Position numbers and translations under genes: made by a program
Assembly: GCA_965206595.1 (NCBI GenBank)
Contig: OZ242214.1
Span: 2,464,001-2,528,000 of the forward strand
From: Candidatus Latescibacterota bacterium
Lineage (GTDB): Bacteria > Latescibacterota > UBA2968 > UBA8231
Direction of reading: 5' to 3'
DNA: 64,000 bases
Shown: piece by piece, positions 40,406 to 48,086 of the stretch
Layout: each line of letters begins with the position of its first letter
How positions within the stretch are numbered: position 1 is the stretch's first letter
Notes under the pieces: model-generated
The model's input: the letters and a program-made list of their open reading frames with translations, nothing else
Told to the model about the DNA's origin: nothing
Databases searched by the model: none

Positions 40406-41437
40406 ATGCCCACGCACTTGACTACCAACCTCCCCCAGCCAGCCCAGACCAGACTTACCTTCGCGGCTTGCTTGGCTGTCTCCCTTGCGGGGCCAGCCAT
40501 CGGGGCAACCTGCAATAACTGGAATACCGAGGGATTTTTCCAAACCGCCACGGTTAAGGAATTGACCGATTGCCTTAAAGTCGGTGCCGACCATAACGCC
40601 CGGGACGAGATGGGGCGAACTCCCCTGCATACGGCGGCCCGGATCAACAGTAACCCTGCGGTCATTGTTGTCTTGCTCAAGGCTGGGGCCGAAATAAACT
40701 CACTGGACAATAATGGCGTCACTCCCCTTCATCTGGCGGCTGGACTTAACAAAAATCTGCAAGTCATCATTGCCTTGCTGGATGCCGGAACGGATCCGAA
40801 TGTGCTGGCCAAAGGTGGCCACACCCCCTTGCATCTGGCGGCCTACAACAACACCCCAAGAATTATTGCTACCTTGCTGGAGGCTGGGGCCAACCTGGAT
40901 GCGCGGACCGATGATGGCGACACCCCCCTGCATCTGGCGGCCACGAACAACACCCCGACGATTATTTCCGCCTTGTTGGACGCTGGGGCCAACCTGAATG
41001 CAAAAAACAAAAAGGGACTAACTCCCCTGCATCTGGCGGCACAGCACAACAATCACCCGGGGGTTGTCACCGCATTGACAAAAACCGGATTTGCGTTGTT
41101 CAAGGGCTCCTCCGACGCTGACCTGAGTGCTCGGGACGAAGGCGGGCTTACCTCGTTGCATCTGGCGGCCCAGTACAACGAAAACCCAGAGGTCGTCACC
41201 GCCCTACTCAAGGCGGGCCTCGACCTTCATGCCCGGGACCAACGTGGCCTCACTCCCCTGCATTGGGCAGCTTGGAAGAACAAAAACCCGGCGGTCATCA
41301 CCACCTTGCTGGATGCAGGAGCCGACCCAGCGGCTCGAACTCTACGAGGGAGCAGGGTCCCCGCGGACTACGCCAAGAGAAACGACGCACTTAAGGGGAC
41401 GGCAGTCTACTGGCGGCTGCATGAAGGTCGATTTTGA
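40406..41437 (+). CDS. secreted ankyrin-repeat protein
   Basis: about seven GxTPLHLAA...LLxAGA repeats after a leader peptide and CNNWNT..FF cap. Confidence 0.95.
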   Translation: MPTHLTTNLPQPAQTRLTFAACLAVSLAGPAIGATCNNWNTEGFFQTATVKELTDCLKVGADHNARDEMGRTPLHTAARINSNPAVIVVLLKAGAEINSLDNNGVTPLHLAAGLNKNLQVIIALLDAGTDPNVLAKGGHTPLHLAAYNNTPRIIATLLEAGANLDARTDDGDTPLHLAATNNTPTIISALLDAGANLNAKNKKGLTPLHLAAQHNNHPGVVTALTKTGFALFKGSSDADLSARDEGGLTSLHLAAQYNENPEVVTALLKAGLDLHARDQRGLTPLHWAAWKNKNPAVITTLLDAGADPAARTLRGSRVPADYAKRNDALKGTAVYWRLHEGRF

Positions 41438-41543
41438 TGATTACACATCCTGCCGAACAGTCCAGCTCGTCATCGGGTGACAGGGCGTCCGGCGGATCGC
41501 TTGGGCTGTTTCATGCAGACTTACCCATCATTTGGGGGTAGGA

Positions 41544-42275
41544 ATGAAACGCTGGTGCATTTTCATCGACATCCTTGGCTTCAGCAAGCTCTGGGAATCC
41601 AACGAGTATCAAGCGCTCCATTCTCTTCGGGAACTGATGAGGGCCATTTTTCGAATTGGAACCAGGGTATATCCGGAAGAACCGCAACGCTTGTTCGTGC
41701 ATCAAATGGGAGATGGCTTTGCCATCGTGAGCGAATTCCGCGAGGAATCGCTCGAACGCCCGATAGCAATCGCCATTGCACTGATGCGGTGCGTTGCCAC
41801 CACTGGGGCATTTGCGGCCGCTGCCATAGCGGAAGGAGAACATGCAGACATCACCGGTTGCTACCCGCGAGAAGTGACAGAAAATACCGAACAACCGAAC
41901 AATGGTATAGTCCGGTTGGGTAGAGGGTTGATGACCTTGTCCACAGTGATGGGAACAGCCTTTATCTGCGCGTATCGTCTCCACAACGCAGCGCCATCGG
42001 GGCCGTTTTTGACGGTGTCGGCGAACCACCCTGATCGGGTCCCTGATGGCCTACCTGTCCGGGCGACCAAAAGCCGGAGTTGTACGTCGGTATTGTCGAT
42101 CGACTGGGTCCGGGCTGAACGGACACTTTTGTCAGACATACAGGAGAAGGCTGACATCAGCACTCCGTCGCAATGCGAGCTCGTGCGGAAAATCCAAGAG
42201 TATTGCAAACAGTATGAATTAATACGCAAGAAGTGGAACCGCTACCTTCGCGATCTTCTCGATATTGAAGTGTAG
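41544..42275 (+). CDS. class III nucleotide cyclase-fold protein
   Basis: FIDILGF and MGDGF metal-binding Asp motifs, AAIAEG, GTAFICAYRL. Confidence 0.6.
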   Translation: MKRWCIFIDILGFSKLWESNEYQALHSLRELMRAIFRIGTRVYPEEPQRLFVHQMGDGFAIVSEFREESLERPIAIAIALMRCVATTGAFAAAAIAEGEHADITGCYPREVTENTEQPNNGIVRLGRGLMTLSTVMGTAFICAYRLHNAAPSGPFLTVSANHPDRVPDGLPVRATKSRSCTSVLSIDWVRAERTLLSDIQEKADISTPSQCELVRKIQEYCKQYELIRKKWNRYLRDLLDIEV

Positions 42276-42510
42276 CATGGTTGTGAGGGCTGATGAGTGA
42301 ATCGTTCGAAGTAGAAGTGGATCTGATTCCTGAAGAAAAGTCCTGTTCCGACAACTAAGGCCCGGTTGGTACGGCCTGTCCTACAAAAGCCCGGGGTTTT
42401 TCAAACGATTGCGTGGGGAGCGTAGTCCCATGAGCGGAATGGTTGATTCGATTTTGCAAAGGGGATTATATATGTGGCTGCGCAAGGCGGCCAACCCCCC
42501 CCCCCCCCGC

Positions 42511-42894
42511 TCAGGGCCTGTCCAAATAGCGGATGGCGATGGTCTTGACCGTGATCTTGTTTCCGCCCGGCATGGTGATGGGGGTCTGGCCAATCATGTG
42601 GGAGGTATAGGGGACGTACTGGTTTTCCTGCGGCAATGGGATTATCGCATGGGCACCGATCTGCTGCGCCTTTTCCTTTGCTTTCTTGAGCACCTCCGGA
42701 TAGGTGTTATAGATGCTTCCGTTCCCTTCGACAATGGCGATGACCTCGAACTTTCTGTCCTGGGGCTCTTCGAACAGGATTTCGACGCTGTCGCTCGGCT
42801 CGAATTTCCGGGTATCGAGCATGACAACACTGCTCGCAGCGCACCCAAGGACGGAAATCGCCAAGGCCGCCGCCAAGCTCCGTGCGAGCACCAT
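42511..42894 (-). CDS. small lipoprotein (YbjQ/dodecin-like fold possible)
   Basis: lipobox VLGC; FEVIAIV...KAKEKAQQIGAHAII. Confidence 0.6.
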   Translation of the reverse strand: MVLARSLAAALAISVLGCAASSVVMLDTRKFEPSDSVEILFEEPQDRKFEVIAIVEGNGSIYNTYPEVLKKAKEKAQQIGAHAIIPLPQENQYVPYTSHMIGQTPITMPGGNKITVKTIAIRYLDRP

Positions 42895-43327
42895 CCTGTT
42901 CAGGCCCTTGAACCCTTCACGGATTTCCTGGGTCAGTTTGGCGATGTCTGCCTTGATAGCGCCAGTGCCTTTACCAATGGGGGACATTTGTGCCTCCTTT
43001 GGGATTCTTAATATCCATAATGTGAAGATAAAACGCCCCTTTTCGATGTCCATCCCCCCGGCATGCAGATAGGTGTTTCCGCACACCCCAAATAGGGTGG
43101 TAACTCCCGTAGTGTCAACCAGTTATGCCACAATTAATGAGAGCTTCGTCGGATTCCGCATGATCGCGCGGGCAATCCCGCCGCGGTGCCCGGGCCGCCT
43201 CGTCGTCGGTCGCCACGATCACCACGCGGAGGTATCGGGTTGTTCGGCTCGGCATCGGTCGATTCGGTGGGATTTGTCGTTTTGCCGCGACAGGCCGAAT
43301 CGTCTGATTGACCATCCATAACCCCGA

Positions 43328-43350
43328 GGTATATACCTATGATATATACC
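43328..43350. promoter_or_regulatory. vapBC operator inverted repeat
   Basis: GGTATATA-N7-TATATACC upstream of the vapB RBS. Confidence 0.7.
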
Positions 43351-43370
43351 CTGCCACAGGAGGTACATCT

Positions 43371-43598
43371 ATGCAGACAGCGAAGCTGTTCAACAACGGC
43401 CGCAGCCAAGCCGTGAGGCTCCCGAAGGAGTTTCGTTTCAGCGGAGACGAGGTCTACATCAAGAAATACCAGGGCATCGTCATGCTCTTGCCTAAGGAAT
43501 CCCCTTTGATCTCGCTCGTGGACAGTCTGGACCGCTTTTCCAGTGATTTCATGGACGAGAGGAATCAGCCCAATCAGCAGCAGAGAGCGTCTCTGTGA
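43371..43598 (+). CDS. vapB: VapB antitoxin (AbrB/MazE fold)
   Basis: MQTAKLFNNGRSQAVRLPKEFRF. Confidence 0.92.
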   Translation: MQTAKLFNNGRSQAVRLPKEFRFSGDEVYIKKYQGIVMLLPKESPLISLVDSLDRFSSDFMDERNQPNQQQRASL

Positions 43599-43998
43599 TC
43601 GATTTCCTTCTCGACACCGACATCGCATCTACCTCATCAAGAGACAACCGGCGCAAGCTTTGGCCAGACTGCAAGCCCTGGGTATCTCGCAAGTCGGAAT
43701 CTTCCACGATCGCGCTCAGCGAATTGGGTACGGGGTCTCGAAGAGTTCGAAACCAGAGCAAAACAAGCTGGCTCTCGCTGAATTCGTCGCCCCGCTGGAG
43801 ATCATCGCTTACGGCGACGCGGCAGCAGCACATTACGGCCGCATCAGAACCTTGCTTGAGCGTCAAGGCACCCCGATCGGCCGGTTGGACACCCTGATCG
43901 CAGCACATGCATCGGCCCTCGGCTGTACCCTCGTGACGAACAACGACAGGGAGTTTTCACGCATTCCCAATCTCGTGGTCGAGAACTGGATCAGCTGA
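43595..43998 (+). pseudogene. vapC: VapC PIN toxin with frameshift(s)
   Basis: FLLDTDI then IYLIK...GTPIGRLDTLIAAHA...LVTNNDREFSRIPNLVVENW in another frame. Confidence 0.85.
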
Positions 43999-44164
43999 TC
44001 CTGCCGTCCTGTCAACAAGGACCAAGCGCATTGTAGGAGAACGACCTAAGCCAAGAAGTCCAAAAGAATAAATGGGTTATGGGAGTGTACACCGCGAAGA
44101 CATAAGAACGTGTTGCACTTAGGTTGCGCCCCCGTCGGATCAGGGGCGTTCCCATCACGAAAGG

Positions 44165-44803
44165 CTAAGGTTTTCTTCCGATCTCTATGCGTACAGAGTC
44201 CCTGTTCTCAACTGTCGTGTCGAAAATACGAAGGTCACTTGAGATTCCTGCTTGATTCAGAAGGTTAACCAAATCCACCCCAGCTTTCATCCTCCGCTCA
44301 ACGCTCGGTATTGCCTCGTCATTCCTTTCCTCTGGGCCTGTCTGCCACACAAGCACCGTCACCCCAACATCGGCCACGACGGGCATGCCGACGAGCGTAT
44401 CGGATATAATCATCGAGTAGTCACCTTTTTGAGATGGCACTCTCCTCCATCCGAAATCAGTCAGCATACCGTCCAGCTCCGTCAAGAATGTCCTCACCTC
44501 CCGGTCTTGGCCGGCACCGGCCAGCTCGTAGGGTTGACCGGGGAACTTTCTCAACGCCGTTGCAAAGCGTTCTTGGTGTTCTGGGGGTATAGTCCTCGGT
44601 GCCTTGAGCCTTGCAAGTTCCAGTCGCGCTTGTGCGGCATCTGCCCCGGCTCTCTCAGCTCTCTCATTGGCAGATGCGATACGCTGCTCTCGGTCGGCAA
44701 TCACCTCTTTCGACAGATAGTAATACGCGATCGTGCCTGCAGCGACTAGCGCAGCCCCGAGCATTTGGGCCCAGTTGGCTATTTGTAACCATTTCTCCAG
44801 CAT
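44165..44803 (-). CDS. uncharacterised single-TM coiled-coil protein
   Basis: N-terminal TM, coiled coil ending LKAPRTI, globular C-terminus ...IEIGRKP. Confidence 0.6.
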   Translation of the reverse strand: MLEKWLQIANWAQMLGAALVAAGTIAYYYLSKEVIADREQRIASANERAERAGADAAQARLELARLKAPRTIPPEHQERFATALRKFPGQPYELAGAGQDREVRTFLTELDGMLTDFGWRRVPSQKGDYSMIISDTLVGMPVVADVGVTVLVWQTGPEERNDEAIPSVERRMKAGVDLVNLLNQAGISSDLRIFDTTVENRDSVRIEIGRKP

Positions 44804-44904
44804 ACTTACCTGCCCACCGGCTTGGGTAGCGTGGCAGTCGCTCTTTCGAGTGCCTGGACGGCTGCCTGATCCTTGTTTGCGAAGCACCTGACCGTCCCTG
44901 TGAA

Positions 44905-45237
44905 GTAAAGGAAAATGAGGCACCTTTTTTGACTCTCGGTCAAGGCGCTGAACGCACCGCCAGGGTCAGGAAACTCCCTGAGAGGATCGTTTGCCAATCC
45001 TTCGACCCGAGCTCGCAGCCCGGTCTGGTTGCCTGTAGGCCCCTATCCGGATCAATCCGGGACTGAGGGACCGTTGAGGGCACACCCAGCCGCACGCCCG
45101 GCGACCGCGACGGGTCGCGAGGCAGGTCAGGCGGCGAAATCGAACAGCGGCTCAGCCGGGGCCCTCGGCGGGGGCATCGCTGGCAGCCCTACTCCCTCCA
45201 GATAGGTCCAGATCGAGGCCGGATCGGTCAAGGCGGC
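44905..45237 (-). mobile_element. IS91/ISCR oriIS-end remnant, copy 1 (includes last codons of transposase)
   Basis: about 330 bp closely matching 50812-51145; encodes AALTDPASIWTYLEGVGLP...PLFDFAA*. Confidence 0.75.
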
Positions 45238-45256
45238 ATCCGCTGGGAACGGGCAA

Positions 45257-45808
45257 CTACCTCTTCAGTCGCCACATCTCGTAAAGCGTCTCAGCCTTCG
45301 GTACCTCTCGGTTGTCGATACACGCGATGAAGGCTCGTCGAGCAACGCCTAAACTCTCAAAGAGCTGCTGCGCTCCCGGCGAACGGGAGGCGTGAGCGGA
45401 ACTACCGCGGGTTTCGTATAGCAATTTAATCTGCTGGAATAGCCGTTCTCGCTCGGCACCCGGGGGCTCCAAGAGGGCAGCCAACGAGGATGCCAGTCTT
45501 TTAGTGATATCAGAGCGTCCGGGCCGTATCAGGGTCTCCAATGCCGCCCAAGTCATAACGATCGCACTGCCAGATGAGTGCGCCCAGATAACGTCATCGA
45601 AAGTCTGAAATGCACGCCCGAAAGCTTCATCATTCATCAGCTCGGAACCGGGACCAAATGCTTGGCGCACCCACAGCAACTCTTTCTCCCCAATCACTTC
45701 CGGCGGATCAGGCATCGTGTGAAGCTGCCGAGGCAACGTTTCGATCGGCCACAAGGTGAGTTCAGTCGAACTCTCTGCAATACACGAAAACGCAGTATCG
45801 GACACAAC
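45257..45808 (-). pseudogene. C-terminal part of an Apea-like HEPN protein, cut by IS3
   Basis: WAALETL...ITKRLASSLAALL...LYETRGSSAH (Rx4H); 5' part replaced by the IS3 end. Confidence 0.7.
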
Positions 45809-45865
45809 TGGAGTTGCCCCCGTTTGGTGGACATCCCCGATATTTTGACACAAGGAGGATGTCTC

Positions 45866-46180
45866 ATGCCACAGTCTCATCGGTCGTATCCGCCTGAGTT
45901 CCGCCAGCAGATGGTCGAGCTGGTGAGAGCCGGGCGGACCCCCGAGGAGTTGAGCCGGGAGTTCGAGCCCTCGTCCCAGACGATCCGCAACTGGGTGCGC
46001 CAGGCGGATCGGGACGAGGGGCGACGAGCCGACGGAGTCACCAGCGCCGAGCGGGACGAGTTGCGGCGCCTGCGCCGAGAGAACAAGCGCCTGCGCACGG
46101 AGCGGGAGATTCTGTCAAAAGCCGCCACCTGGTTCGCTCGGGAGGCCGATTCGAGATCGTCGAGGTCTTCGGATTCGTGA
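45866..46180 (+). CDS. IS3 transposase OrfA
   Basis: YPPEFRQQMVELV...TIRNWVRQ...ELRRLRRENKRLRTEREILSKA. Confidence 0.9.
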   Translation: MPQSHRSYPPEFRQQMVELVRAGRTPEELSREFEPSSQTIRNWVRQADRDEGRRADGVTSAERDELRRLRRENKRLRTEREILSKAATWFAREADSRSSRSSDS

Positions 46181-47038
46181 GCGCTCACCAGGATGAGTAT
46201 CCCATCGCCACCATGTGCCGCGTCTTGGGCGTCTCCTCCAGCGGGTACTATGCGTGGCGCCACCGTCAGCCCTCGGCGCGCTCCGTGTCCGATGCCCCGC
46301 TGGCGGCCCTCATCGCTCAGATCCACAGGTGGTCGCGAGGCACTTACGGGGTGCCGCGTATGGTCCGCGAGTTGAGCGATCGCGGCCACCCCGTCAACCC
46401 CAAGCGCGTGGCTCGCCTGATGCGCGAGGCCGGCTTGCAGGGCGTCAGCCGCCGCAAGTCGACGCGCACCACCCGTCGCGACGGGTGGTGCGCCGGCGGC
46501 GCCCGACCTGGTCGACCGCGACTTCGCCGCATCCGGTCCGGACGCGTTGTGGGTGGCGGATATCACCTACGTGCCGACGTGGTCTGGATTCCTGTATCTG
46601 GCCGTGGTCCTGGACGCCTGGAGCCGGCGCGTGGTGGGGTGGGCCATGGCTGGTCATCTGCGCACGGAGCTGGTCGTGCAGGCCTTGGACATGGCCCTCG
46701 GGCAGCGTCGTCCCGAGGGGTGATTCATCACTCGGACCAGGGGGGCCAGTATTCGTCGCTGGCCTTCGGGCGTCGTTGCCGGGAGGCCGGGGTGCGGCCG
46801 TCGAGGGGCTCGGTGGGCGACTGCTTCGACAACGCCCTGTGCGAGAGCTTCTTCGCCACCCTTGAGTGTGAGCTGCTCGACCGTCGCTGCTTCCCGACCC
46901 ATGCGGTGGCCCGCCGCGAGATTTTCGACTACGCCGCGAGATTTTCGACTACATCGAGTCTTGGTACAACCGGCATCGCCGTCACTCGGCCCTCAATTAC
47001 GAATCGCCGATGAACTTCGAGCGCGCCCATGTCCAGTA
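46177..47038 (+). pseudogene. IS3 transposase OrfB with several frameshifts and a 20-bp tandem duplication (46913-46952)
   Basis: MCRVLGVSSSGYY, WVADITY, HHSDQG, DNALCESFFATLECE spread over frames. Confidence 0.85.
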
Positions 47039-47269
47039 GCAGGTAGTCTGATGCGGGACCTGTTCGCCATGAAGCGGTCCCTCCCGGGCCCTCCCGGGGC
47101 CAGCCGGTGCTCTCCCGCCCACCCGGGCTCTCGCACCGGGCCTGGGCGCCCGACCGGTGCCCCGTGCTCCACCCGGGCCCCTGGGCTGGGGTACTCCCAC
47201 TCTACAACGGCCCCATTCGGCCCTACCTGCCGAAAGCACTTAACCGTCCACCGTACGGGGGTAGCTCCA

Positions 47270-47557
47270 CTGGCCGACGGAGTTGTAGTATGAGTTGAAG
47301 AACTCGCGGTAGGCGGGGTGGAACCCGGAGTAGTTGGGAATGGCCGGCTCAATCACGAAGGTCTCGAAGAACCAGCTGACATGGGCGAGGTGCCACTTTG
47401 TTGGGCTGGCGAACCAGTCGATCTGAAGTGTTTGATCTTCCGGCGTCAACGGAGCGGCGAGGGTCTCTGTCGTCACGCGCACCGCTTTGTACCGATCCAA
47501 GAGCGATTTCGGAGATTGGGCGGCGCCGTTTGTTTGCGCGCCAATACCTTCCGGCAT
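47270..47557 (-). pseudogene. egtB: N-terminal fragment of ergothioneine biosynthesis sulfoxide synthase EgtB
   Basis: LAAPLTPEDQ...ASPTKWHLAHVSWFFETFV...FNSYYNSVG, cut at the IS3 end. Confidence 0.8.
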
Positions 47558-47588
47558 GGAGCTTTCCTTTGTTTCCTGTTTTGGACTG

Positions 47589-47705
47589 TGTCACGTTTCC
47601 GGGCCCAAGCGAAGGCTCTTGCTCACGAGGCCCCGCTCCGCCAATTCGAACAACCCCTGCGCGATCCAAACGAGCGTCGCCGGGCCCGCGAGAATCGAGC
47701 GGAGC
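47589..47705 (-). pseudogene. C-terminal remnant of an osmoprotectant/ergothioneine-type ABC permease
   Basis: ILAGPATLVWIAQGLFELAERGLVSKSLRL* directly upstream of the egtB fragment. Confidence 0.45.
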
Positions 47706-47711
47706 CTGAGC

Positions 47712-47805
47712 GGAAAATGAGGCACCTTTCGGACGCTCGGTCAATGCGCTGAGCGCACCGCCAGGGTTCAGGCAGCTCCCTTGAGGATCGTATGCCAGTC
47801 CTTCG
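47712..47805 (-). mobile_element. IS91/ISCR oriIS-end remnant, copy 2 (short, diverged)
   Basis: GGAAAATGAGGCACCTTT...CTCGGTCAA.GCGCTGAGCGCACCGCCAGGGT...GAGGATCGT matches copies 1 and 3. Confidence 0.7.
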
Positions 47806-48040
47806 CGTCGGTGGCCGTACGCACCCCGGTGGCCGGATCTATCGGGACCCCGTCACAGGCGCTGACCCGTGCGTGCCCCGGCTCGCCGCTCTGATCGCGG
47901 CCGGCCGCGTCTGCGACCCCGCCCCAGGCATAATCGGCCGGGCGGCCGGAGATGACGCGCCCTCAGCCGGCCGGTGACCGCATCCCACAACTGGGCGGCG
48001 CTGTCGGCGCCGCCAGCCAGAGTCGCGCCGTCCGGGGACC

Positions 48041-48069
48041 TCCTGCCCGGTGAGGAGCGCGGTCTCGGC
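48041..48069. repeat. 29-bp exact copy of an internal WD40-gene segment (50308-50336)
   Basis: TCCTGCCCGGTGAGGAGCGCGGTCTCGGC at both positions. Confidence 0.8.
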
Positions 48070-48086
48070 GCAGGTTTGGCCCACCG

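Larger units (their letters stand above)
45809..47269 (+). mobile_element. IS3-family insertion sequence, defective, no target duplication
   Basis: IRL TGGAGTTGCCCCCGTTTGGTGGAC vs IRR (revcomp) TGGAGCTACCCCCGTACGGTGGAC; orfA/orfB. Confidence 0.9.

Noticed and set aside
42288-42360. CTGATGAG...CGAAG resembling a hammerhead ribozyme core
   Set aside because: GAAA is absent and stems II/III do not pair; reads better as a 21-codon ORF remnant
42495-42508. C14 run (and G10 at 13351-13360) as phase-variation tracts
   Set aside because: Intergenic, not within a recognisable promoter spacer; homopolymer length is unreliable in an assembly with indels
43180-43235. VVIVATDDE KdsB-like motif on the minus strand
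   Set aside because: Too short and unsupported by flanking sequence
39567-45260. Integron cassette array
   Set aside because: Genes are in mixed orientation, no RYYYAAC...GTTRRRY attC boxes were found by eye, and there is no integrase
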